Shown here in pieces: positions 35,561 to 42,312 of a stretch of 42,312 bases of DNA; within the stretch, counting starts at the first letter, position 1; each line of letters begins with the position of its first letter. The notes beneath the pieces are model-generated. The model made no database searches. It had not been told where the DNA came from and saw nothing but the letters and a program-made list of their open reading frames with translations. A program made the position numbers and the translations under genes. This stretch comes from a virus. Its lineage: Duplodnaviria; Caudoviricetes. Where the stretch lies: the IMG/VR virus record IMGVR_UViG_3300032212_000038, positions 1 through 42,312 of that record; one strand, written 5' to 3'.

Positions 35561-36331
35561 ATGAAGTTTAAGATATACCCTTATAAGATAGGGAGTGCTA
35601 GTGCGAAAAGTCTAGCAGACGGACTAGACGCTAAGAGAGTACGTGTTGATGGTCAGTACGTACCCTACCGTAACCATGTAGTAATTAACTGGGGTAGTGG
35701 TAAAGAGCCTGAATGGCTACACCGAAATACTACCCAGTACAGGTACCTCAACCGTCATGAAGAAGTTCTACGTGTTGGTAATAAACTCTTATGTTTTAAG
35801 GACTTACAGAGGTGGGGGGTATCTATTCCCCGCTTCACAGAGAGTAAGGAAGAGGCTTCAAGCTGGGGTGTCCCTATAGTCATACGTCATAAGCTACGAG
35901 GACATAGTGGTGATGGTGCTGTTTATACAGAAGATGTAGCTAACCTACCTGACGCTCCTCTATATGTAGAGTATAAGAAGAAGGTAAGAGAATTTCGAGT
36001 CCATGTATTCCGAGAACGTGTTATAGATGTACAGGAGAAGAAGAAACGAAGAGAGGTAGGGAATGATGAAGTTGATTATAAAATACGTAATAAGTATACC
36101 GGTTGGGTTTATTGTAGGGACATTGATGCTCCTCCTCCAAGTATCAGCGATGATTCCATACTTGCTGTATCATGTTGTGGATTGGATTTCGGAGCAGTTG
36201 ATGTCATATGGAATAATCACGAGCAGAAGTCATATATTCTGGAGATCAATACCGCACCGGGACTTGAAGGACAGACACTAACTAATTATGTAGAAGCTTT
36301 TAAGCAGTATGCAGTAGGAGATGAGTTATGA
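35561..36331 (+). CDS. ATP-grasp peptide ligase (RimK/glutathione synthetase-like)
   Basis: INWG, NKL, REFRVHVF, LDFGAVDVIW, LEINTAPGL. Confidence 0.88.
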   Translation: MKFKIYPYKIGSASAKSLADGLDAKRVRVDGQYVPYRNHVVINWGSGKEPEWLHRNTTQYRYLNRHEEVLRVGNKLLCFKDLQRWGVSIPRFTESKEEASSWGVPIVIRHKLRGHSGDGAVYTEDVANLPDAPLYVEYKKKVREFRVHVFRERVIDVQEKKKRREVGNDEVDYKIRNKYTGWVYCRDIDAPPPSISDDSILAVSCCGLDFGAVDVIWNNHEQKSYILEINTAPGLEGQTLTNYVEAFKQYAVGDEL

Positions 36332-36831
36332 GCTATACGGTTAAGACTATCAGAGTTAAAGAAGGACATAAGGCATGGCCGGTTACAGTAGGTCTTACTA
36401 TTCGTACTACTGGCCATTGTTGTGGTATGTCGGAGGCGTCAAATCTCCGTACTGATAATATTAAGAAGGTTGATAGGAAAGGTTTTGTTACGAGTGAAGG
36501 CTATGTTGAAATAGATGAATCTACTAGGGATAGACTTTATAGTAGAGTAGGGCAGATGATATTAGAACATCTTTATCTTTCTAATACAGGGATACTTCTA
36601 TTTTCTGACGCCGTAGGCTTGGGATGGTCAGGTGCTGGAGGTGGTGGTAATCGTAATGGAGGTATCAGCTTCGCTGGGTTTGCTAAAACCTACGGTATCA
36701 GAACGTCTTCAAAGACTAAAAGCCCTAAGACCGGCCACGTTATAGCTCTTTATTCGGTCACCGAGGATGCTCTTAAAGAGAAGCATAAAGAGTTTTGTAA
36801 GTCTTTGAAAGAAAAGAAGAAAGTAAAATAA
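36328..36831 (+). CDS. Hypothetical protein
   Basis: AGGAG RBS; ATGA-type overlap; HCCG motif. Confidence 0.7.
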   Translation: MSYTVKTIRVKEGHKAWPVTVGLTIRTTGHCCGMSEASNLRTDNIKKVDRKGFVTSEGYVEIDESTRDRLYSRVGQMILEHLYLSNTGILLFSDAVGLGWSGAGGGGNRNGGISFAGFAKTYGIRTSSKTKSPKTGHVIALYSVTEDALKEKHKEFCKSLKEKKKVK

Positions 36832-36872
36832 TTTTAAAATAGGTGGAACTTATGGAAAATAATATTGTCCAA
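36825..36872 (+). promoter_or_regulatory. sigmaE/AlgU-type promoter P2 with UP element, upstream of the primase/polymerase module
   Basis: AAAATAATTTTAAAATAGGTG-GAACTT-N16-TCCAA. Confidence 0.72.
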
Positions 36873-37229
36873 GAAACTAAAAAACATGAAGAAGTTAGCC
36901 AGAAAGTATTTGTATATGGTACTTTAAAGAAAGGGTACCCTAACTCCTACTTACTTGAGAACAGTAAACTATTAGGTTCTTTTAAAACCAAGCCGGTGTT
37001 TACTATGTATTCTTTAGGGGCTTTCCCTGCCATCTCTTTAGTAGGTGAGACGTCTATCTCTGGTGAGGTTTACTCCGTGGATGAGGATACGTTCAGTAGG
37101 CTTGACCGACTGGAAGGGTATCCCTCTTTCTATAACCGTGCTAAGATTGATACGGAGTTTGGGGAGGCTTGGGTATACTTCTTAGAGGATCGAGAAGGAG
37201 TAACTAAGGTTGAATCAGGGGAATGGTAA
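36843..37229 (+). CDS. Gamma-glutamyl cyclotransferase (AIG2-like); start may be ATG 36852
   Basis: VFVYGTLK, GEVY.V, LDRLEGYP..Y.R, AWVY. Confidence 0.9.
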   Translation: MELMENNIVQETKKHEEVSQKVFVYGTLKKGYPNSYLLENSKLLGSFKTKPVFTMYSLGAFPAISLVGETSISGEVYSVDEDTFSRLDRLEGYPSFYNRAKIDTEFGEAWVYFLEDREGVTKVESGEW

Positions 37230-37280
37230 TATGAACATAGGAATAGCAGACTTAGGTGAACGCACTTGTAAAGGTGATGT

Positions 37281-37436
37281 ATGATATACTACTTAATAAC
37301 TATCCCTTTATTTATGTACGCTACAGCGTATGCAGCAGTCTCCTTAAACGATGATTGTTTTATCCCTGATGACGGTAATCTGTTTGATAGGGTATGCATT
37401 GTATATGATTATACTGAGGAGTATGATGATGAGTGA
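37281..37436 (+). CDS. 51 aa putative secreted peptide; not in the ORF track
   Basis: MIYYLITIPLFMYATAYA/AVSLNDDCFIPDDGNLFDRVCIVYDYTEEYDDE; AAGGTG RBS; AYA cleavage motif; two Cys. Confidence 0.55.
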   Translation: MIYYLITIPLFMYATAYAAVSLNDDCFIPDDGNLFDRVCIVYDYTEEYDDE

Positions 37437-37632
37437 TGAACAACAGATTGAGATGATACATTGTGAGTACTGTCAAGAGTATGTACCTGTAGATATATCT
37501 ACTAATGAGTGTACTACTGGCTGTAATAACTCTCTATGCCCTTATGATATATATGAGGATAAGAATAGAGAGAAGCCATTAGATTTTAATAGTGAAGAAG
37601 TACGTGAGTATGAGCCTGAGGAGGGTTGCTAA
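37429..37632 (+). CDS. Small acidic Zn-finger-like protein (probable start 37426/37429 rather than 37351)
   Basis: GAGGAG RBS; CEYC...C...C....C. Confidence 0.6.
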   Translation: MSDEQQIEMIHCEYCQEYVPVDISTNECTTGCNNSLCPYDIYEDKNREKPLDFNSEEVREYEPEEGC

Positions 37633-39335
37633 TATTGGGTGTACTTATCGAACATATACCTTGCACTAACTGTCCATCCTCTGACGGACTAGCTGTCTAT
37701 GAAGAAGAGGACGGCACTCATAACGGATACTGTTGGGTATGTAAAGAGTATGAAAGTAATCCGTATAAAGATAATCATAAGGAGCAAGAGCGATTGACAC
37801 AAGTTAAAAGTAAAATGTCACCAGAAGAGGTTAAGTCTGAGATTGAACGTATCTCTGACCTACCCTCCTTAGCTATTCCACACAGGAGCATCTCTAAAGA
37901 TGCTACTGAGAAGTATGGAGTTAAGGTAGAGATTGATAGTAGTAGTGGAGATGTTAAGTACTGGTACTACCCTACCTATACTCAAGGTAAACATACAGGT
38001 TATAAGAAGAAGTATCGTACAGAGAAGGGTGAGAAGAAAAAGTTCTTACATATAGGCTCCGGTAAGGATAAGGACTTCTTTGGTGCTAATGTGTGTGGTA
38101 ATAACGGTAAGATGTTAGTTATTACAGAGGGTGAAGATGATGCCCTTGCTGCTTGGGATATGTTTAAGACTAAAGGTAAGAACTACCGAGTCTGTTCTAT
38201 ACCTGATGGTGCCAATATCGAAGCTGTTAAGAGTAGGATTGAGTGGTTAGAGAGGTTCGATACTATAGTCTTAGCTATCGATCAGGATGAACCCGGTCAG
38301 AAGTTTGTAGAAGATGTTAAGAACTTACTAACTCCCGGCTCAGTTAAGGTTATGTCCTTCTCTGAGAAAGACGCTAACGATATGCTAATGGCAGGCAAGA
38401 CAGACGAGTGGTATTCTTCATTGAATAACTCTACTATTGTTAGACCTGATGGTATTATAAGCGGTGCTGATACTTGGGATAAGATTAATAATAGGGAAGT
38501 GGTTGAGAGTCTACCGTACCCTGATGGCTGGGATACCATTAACAAACAAACATATGGATTACGATTAGGGGAGTTAGATACATGGACTTCTGGCAGCGGT
38601 ATGGGTAAGACTCAGGTACTACGAGAGCTACAATACCATATCCTTAATACTACCGATAGGGGTATAGGTGTTATCGCCTTAGAGGAGCCACTAGAGGACT
38701 CTGTAGAGGCAATGATGAGCCTATATCTTAATAAGCGATACCACTTACCTGATGTCAGAGATACAGTGACAGAGGAGGAGAAGTATGAGGCGTGGTTGGC
38801 AACATCTGGTACTAACCGGCTACATTATTATGACCACTTTGGTTCCGTTGATGACGATTCCCTTGTTTCCAAGATTAAGTTTATGGCTAGGGGTTTGGGC
38901 GTTAAGTACATCTTTCTTGACCATCTGTCTATTGTGGTTTCTGAGTTCGCAGATCAAGGAGGAGAACGAGAACGAATAGATAGTATCATGACTAAGCTTA
39001 AGAAGTTGACTCAAGAGTTAGGTATTTGGATAGGCTTAGTAGTTCACTTACGAAAAGTAGGAGGAGGTGTTAGTTTTGAAGAAGGTGCTATACCGTGCCT
39101 TGATGATCTTCGTGGGTCTGGTAGTATTAAGCAGTTATCTAACTCTGTTTACGCACTTAGCAGAAATCAACAAGCCACAAGTGAAGAAGAAAGAAACACC
39201 TCCCAGTTGCATGTGCTTAAATGTAGATTCACTGGAAGAACAGGAGCGTCCGACTATCTTAAATTCGATGATGAGACTGGACGTATGACTAAGACAGATT
39301 TTGTACCAGCAGAGGAGGAACGTAATGAGTTCTAA
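37626..39335 (+). CDS. Primase-helicase (T7 gp4-like)
   Basis: N-terminal CxxC..CxxC Zn finger; TOPRIM ITEGEDDAL and DQDEPG; Walker A SGSGMGKT; LDHL; LRGSGSIKQLS; LKCRFTG. Confidence 0.95.
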   Translation: MLILGVLIEHIPCTNCPSSDGLAVYEEEDGTHNGYCWVCKEYESNPYKDNHKEQERLTQVKSKMSPEEVKSEIERISDLPSLAIPHRSISKDATEKYGVKVEIDSSSGDVKYWYYPTYTQGKHTGYKKKYRTEKGEKKKFLHIGSGKDKDFFGANVCGNNGKMLVITEGEDDALAAWDMFKTKGKNYRVCSIPDGANIEAVKSRIEWLERFDTIVLAIDQDEPGQKFVEDVKNLLTPGSVKVMSFSEKDANDMLMAGKTDEWYSSLNNSTIVRPDGIISGADTWDKINNREVVESLPYPDGWDTINKQTYGLRLGELDTWTSGSGMGKTQVLRELQYHILNTTDRGIGVIALEEPLEDSVEAMMSLYLNKRYHLPDVRDTVTEEEKYEAWLATSGTNRLHYYDHFGSVDDDSLVSKIKFMARGLGVKYIFLDHLSIVVSEFADQGGERERIDSIMTKLKKLTQELGIWIGLVVHLRKVGGGVSFEEGAIPCLDDLRGSGSIKQLSNSVYALSRNQQATSEEERNTSQLHVLKCRFTGRTGASDYLKFDDETGRMTKTDFVPAEEERNEF

Positions 39336-39834
39336 GATATACTTCATAAGTGATCTACACTTAGGACATAAAAGGATTCTTGAGTTTGGGCAACGTAACC
39401 ACTCTGATATTGAAAATATGCACATCAAGATGGTAGAAGAGTGGAACGAAAAGGTAAGGAAGCAGAAAGATATTGTGTGGGTGTTAGGGGATGTAGCAAT
39501 GGAACCCAAAGCATTAGAGTGGTTAGATTACATGAATGGTCAGAAGAGGTTAATCTTAGGCAACCACGATACTATGGATCTAGGGTTATATAAGAAGTAT
39601 TTCAAGGAGGTTCATGCTTTCAGTAAAGGGTATAAAGGTATGGTGCTTACACACATACCTATCCATCCTAATGAGCTAGATACTAGGTTTAATTGGAATT
39701 GGAACATACATGGACATATACATCATCCAGAAAGGAACAACTTAGGTGATAGGTATTTCAACGTCAATGTAGATATTCTAGGGTATCAACCTATTTGTTT
39801 AGAGGAGTTAAGAGAGAAGCTTCCGGATGTCTAA
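39325..39834 (+). CDS. Calcineurin-like phosphoesterase (probable start 39325)
   Basis: SDLHLGH, LGDV, GNHD, LTHIP, HGHIH; GAGGAGG RBS. Confidence 0.9.
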   Translation: MSSKIYFISDLHLGHKRILEFGQRNHSDIENMHIKMVEEWNEKVRKQKDIVWVLGDVAMEPKALEWLDYMNGQKRLILGNHDTMDLGLYKKYFKEVHAFSKGYKGMVLTHIPIHPNELDTRFNWNWNIHGHIHHPERNNLGDRYFNVNVDILGYQPICLEELREKLPDV

Positions 39835-40294
39835 GCTGGTCTTTGATATAGAAGCAGATGGTTTATATCAAGAAGCTACACGTATCTGGTGCATCGTAAC
39901 AAAAGAACTGGCTACGCCAGAGAATAACTACCAGAGTGAGGTTAAACAATATTATGGAGAGAGTATTGCTGATGGTGTGGATGCTCTTCTTACTACTGAT
40001 ACTATTATCGGTCATAATATTATCAATTACGATATACCATTACTACGTAAACTCGGACATGTATCGTTGGATCATAGGTTTGATACAGTAGATACCTTTA
40101 CCTTATCATCATTACTTAATCCAGATAGAGTAGGAGGCCACGGATTAGATGCATGGGGTCGTAGATTTAAGAGATATAAACCAGCACACGAGGATTGGTC
40201 TCAGTTCTCAGACGCTATGTTACATAGATGTACGGAGGACGTAGGGATTAATTATTTAGTTTATTTAGAGTTGTTAAAAGAACAGGAGGGATAG
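39827..40294 (+). CDS. DNA polymerase A 3'-5' exonuclease domain, encoded as a separate gene
   Basis: ExoI FDIEAD, ExoII GHNIINYD, HGLDAWG, ExoIII RCTEDV; ends in TAG. Confidence 0.9.
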   Translation: MSKLVFDIEADGLYQEATRIWCIVTKELATPENNYQSEVKQYYGESIADGVDALLTTDTIIGHNIINYDIPLLRKLGHVSLDHRFDTVDTFTLSSLLNPDRVGGHGLDAWGRRFKRYKPAHEDWSQFSDAMLHRCTEDVGINYLVYLELLKEQEG

Positions 40295-40295
40295 A

Positions 40296-40460
40296 ATGGG
40301 GAAGGTCTATATTATTACAGACGTGGTAGATGATTTTTCAAGGGCAACTGATACTATGGAGAAAGCAGAAAAGATAAAAGATGAGATGTTTGAAGAGCTC
40401 TTACAGTATGGTTTTAAGAATGAAGGACGTGTATACATAACAACTCTTGAAGTAGAATAG
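40296..40460 (+). CDS. 54 aa hypothetical protein between the two polymerase parts; not in the ORF track
   Basis: MGKVYIITDVVDDFSRATDTMEKAEKIKDEMFEELLQYGFKNEGRVYITTLEVE; AGGAGG RBS; stop overlaps the GTG of the polymerase. Confidence 0.7.
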   Translation: MGKVYIITDVVDDFSRATDTMEKAEKIKDEMFEELLQYGFKNEGRVYITTLEVE

Positions 40461-41803
40461 TGGATTGGTCTCAGGCTATAAAATGTGAGACAGAAGTAGC
40501 GAGGATTATAACCCAACAGGGTATTAATGGTGTCTTATTTGATCTAGAGGGTGCTCACCAATTGATTAATACGATCAGGAGGGAGTCAGAAGAGATCTAC
40601 GATTACGTAAGACCGTACCTACCTTATGTTAAGGACACTAAGAAACGAACCTGTATGAGGCCTTTCAATGTGAAAACTGGAGGGTATTCTAAGAAGGTTG
40701 AGAAGCTCCTAGGTGATGATGAATTACCAATATCAGGAGCCTTCACTTATATAGCTCCTAGCTTAGGTAGTAGGGAGTATCTGGTTAATGTACTGATTGA
40801 TCTAGGGTGGAAACCTGACCAATTCACAGAGACAGGTAGGCCTAAACTTACTCATCAGGGAGCGCCTGTTGAGTCCTTATCCACGTTTGACAATGATCTA
40901 GGGCAACGTATAGGTAGATGGTATATCATCAACCATAGAAGGAGCCAAGTCCAAGGGTGGATAAATAAACTACGTCCAGATGGAAGACTGTCCGCACTGG
41001 CTGTACCTATCGGCACTAATACTAATAGGATGAGACACTCCATCGTAGTCAATGTACCTAAAGCTGCAGACCATGTACCCTATGGTCATGAGATGAGAGC
41101 ATTATTTATAGTTCCAGAAGGTTATCGGATGATCGGTCATGATGCCTCTGGCTTAGAACTAAGGATGCTCGCTCACTACCTCAATGATCCAGAGTATACA
41201 AGAGTTGTAACAGAAGGTGATCCTCATTCTCTCCATCAAGAGATGGCAGGGCTACCTACTAGGGATGACGCTAAGACGTTTATATATGCCTTCTTATATG
41301 GAGCAGGTGATACTAAACTGGGATCTATTATAGCTCCACTGGCATCACAACAAGAACAGGCAGCTCACGGTGCAAGACTAAGAGCTACCTTCCTTAACGC
41401 TAATCCTAAACTTAAGGAACTAGTTGATCGTGTTAAGAAAGCCTCTCGTACTGGCTACTTAATAGGGTTAGATGGCCGTAAGATATGGATGCGTAAGGAT
41501 AAGAGAGGGCGTATCATGGAGCATAAGGCTCTTAATACACTACTTCAATCGGCAGGAGCCGTAGTCATGAAATACTCTATGATATTCTTAGACAAATGGG
41601 TACGTAAGGAAGGCTTAGATGTTAAGAAGGTTATAGATATGCACGATGAAGCACAAGCAGAGGTGAAAAATAATGAAAAAATAATTGAACTTTATTGTCA
41701 TCTTGCTGTCCAATCTATAAGACAAGCAGAATTATTCTTAGAACTGAACTGCCCCCTTGATGCTGAGGCTAAGGTAGGTCATAATTGGAGTGAAACACAT
41801 TAA
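40460..41803 (+). CDS. polA: Family A DNA polymerase, polymerase domain (T7 gp5-like, Tyr762 type)
   Basis: Motif A DASGLELRMLAHY, motif B RDDAKTFIYAFLYGAG, LNTLLQSAGA, motif C MHDE. Confidence 0.95.
   Translation: MDWSQAIKCETEVARIITQQGINGVLFDLEGAHQLINTIRRESEEIYDYVRPYLPYVKDTKKRTCMRPFNVKTGGYSKKVEKLLGDDELPISGAFTYIAPSLGSREYLVNVLIDLGWKPDQFTETGRPKLTHQGAPVESLSTFDNDLGQRIGRWYIINHRRSQVQGWINKLRPDGRLSALAVPIGTNTNRMRHSIVVNVPKAADHVPYGHEMRALFIVPEGYRMIGHDASGLELRMLAHYLNDPEYTRVVTEGDPHSLHQEMAGLPTRDDAKTFIYAFLYGAGDTKLGSIIAPLASQQEQAAHGARLRATFLNANPKLKELVDRVKKASRTGYLIGLDGRKIWMRKDKRGRIMEHKALNTLLQSAGAVVMKYSMIFLDKWVRKEGLDVKKVIDMHDEAQAEVKNNEKIIELYCHLAVQSIRQAELFLELNCPLDAEAKVGHNWSETH
41666..41713 (+). promoter_or_regulatory. 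sigmaE/AlgU-type promoter P3 with UP element, inside the polymerase 3' end, upstream of the SSB-to-RNR module
   Basis: AAAAATAATGAAAAAATAATT-GAACTT-N16-TCCAA. Confidence 0.72.
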
Positions 41804-42021
41804 TGTTTAGTATTAATAGTAGGCTTGATAAAGTACTATCAACCTTTACTAATACTATCTCTGATCTTAATAAGCTTAAAGCGGAGATAGATGATAAGGT
41901 TGATAGTAATCAGGTAAAGATAGTTAAGCTAGAAGAAGAGTCAGAAGACTTATTAGTTCAGAAAGACAGAGCTAATAACGCGGTAACATATTTAGGTAGA
42001 ATAGTAGGAGGTAATGTTTAA
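41803..42021 (+). CDS. Small coiled-coil hypothetical protein
   Basis: 72 aa; TAATG coupling at both ends. Confidence 0.75.
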   Translation: MFSINSRLDKVLSTFTNTISDLNKLKAEIDDKVDSNQVKIVKLEEESEDLLVQKDRANNAVTYLGRIVGGNV

Positions 42022-42312
42022 TGGTAGTAACAGGTATAGCATCATGGGCTTCAGTACAGGCCCCGAACACTACATATGAGCCAGTATACACTATTGATTT
42101 AGAGGTATCTGATGCTGATGCGGAAGTATTACGTTCACAGGATATTACTGTCAAAACAGAAGACGGTAAGAATATGGTGAAGTTTAAACGTAAGCAGTTC
42201 CGTGAAGGCGGGGATGAAAACCCTAAACCAAACGTAGTCGATGCTGATAATATGCCCTTCGATAAACTCATCGGTAATGGAAGTAAGGTGAATGTCCAAT
42301 ACCGTACATATG
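42021..42312 (+). CDS. ssb: SSB, 5' part (continues through the junction to 404)
   Basis: AGGAGG RBS; MVVTGIASWASVQAPNTTYEPVYTIDL... is in frame with ORF 93..404. Confidence 0.8.
   Translation, partial: MVVTGIASWASVQAPNTTYEPVYTIDLEVSDADAEVLRSQDITVKTEDGKNMVKFKRKQFREGGDENPKPNVVDADNMPFDKLIGNGSKVNVQYRTY
42082..42312. repeat. Terminal direct repeat, copy 2
   Basis: Matches 1-231 with two substitutions. Confidence 0.97.

Noticed and set aside
410-38345. Other GAACTT hexamers (about 411, 5393, 31449, 38321) as sigmaE promoters
   Set aside because: None has a TCYAA -10 box at 16-nt spacing.
4703-39288. Same-strand alternative-frame ORFs inside large genes (4703, 5171, 31949, 35256, 35697, 36063, 38785, 39067)
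   Set aside because: They are short, fully nested in conserved enzymes and have no motifs.
1-42312. Phage RNA polymerase, sigma factor, integrase, tRNAs or stop-codon reassignment
   Set aside because: No such motifs were seen. TAA, TAG and TGA all end well-supported genes, and coding density is high under the standard code.

Overview
This window is an apparently complete lytic podovirus genome. The unit length is 42,081 bp, and bases 1-231 are repeated at 42082-42312, so it assembles as a circle. Gene content and order resemble the RNA-polymerase-less SIO1/PA11/RIO-1 (Zobellviridae-like) and LUZ24/phiEco32-type phages; this is inferred from motifs, as no search was run. There are two divergent arms. 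The + arm (28418 to the end, continuing through 1-7052) carries early genes, a peptide-ligase/amidotransferase cluster, primase-helicase, a split family A DNA polymerase, SSB, exonuclease, RusA, class II ribonucleotide reductase and lysis genes. The - arm (26989 down to 7049) carries terminase, portal, scaffold, capsid, tail, ejection and fibre genes, with a beta-helix/sulfotransferase/IPT insert between TerS and TerL. I found no RNA polymerase, sigma factor, integrase or tRNA. The most striking signal is regulatory. The 1.4 kb intergenic region holds four sigma54 -24/-12 elements, three IHF consensus sites, three copies of an enhancer-like GTCAG-N6-TTACAC motif and a Fur-like box, followed by a ~500 nt highly base-paired RNA. 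Three near-identical sigmaE/AlgU-type promoters (AT-rich UP element + GAACTT-N16-TCYAA) sit at the head of the structural arm and of the two replication modules. Together these suggest a transcription programme run by host alternative sigma factors (sigma54 early, sigmaE middle/late).
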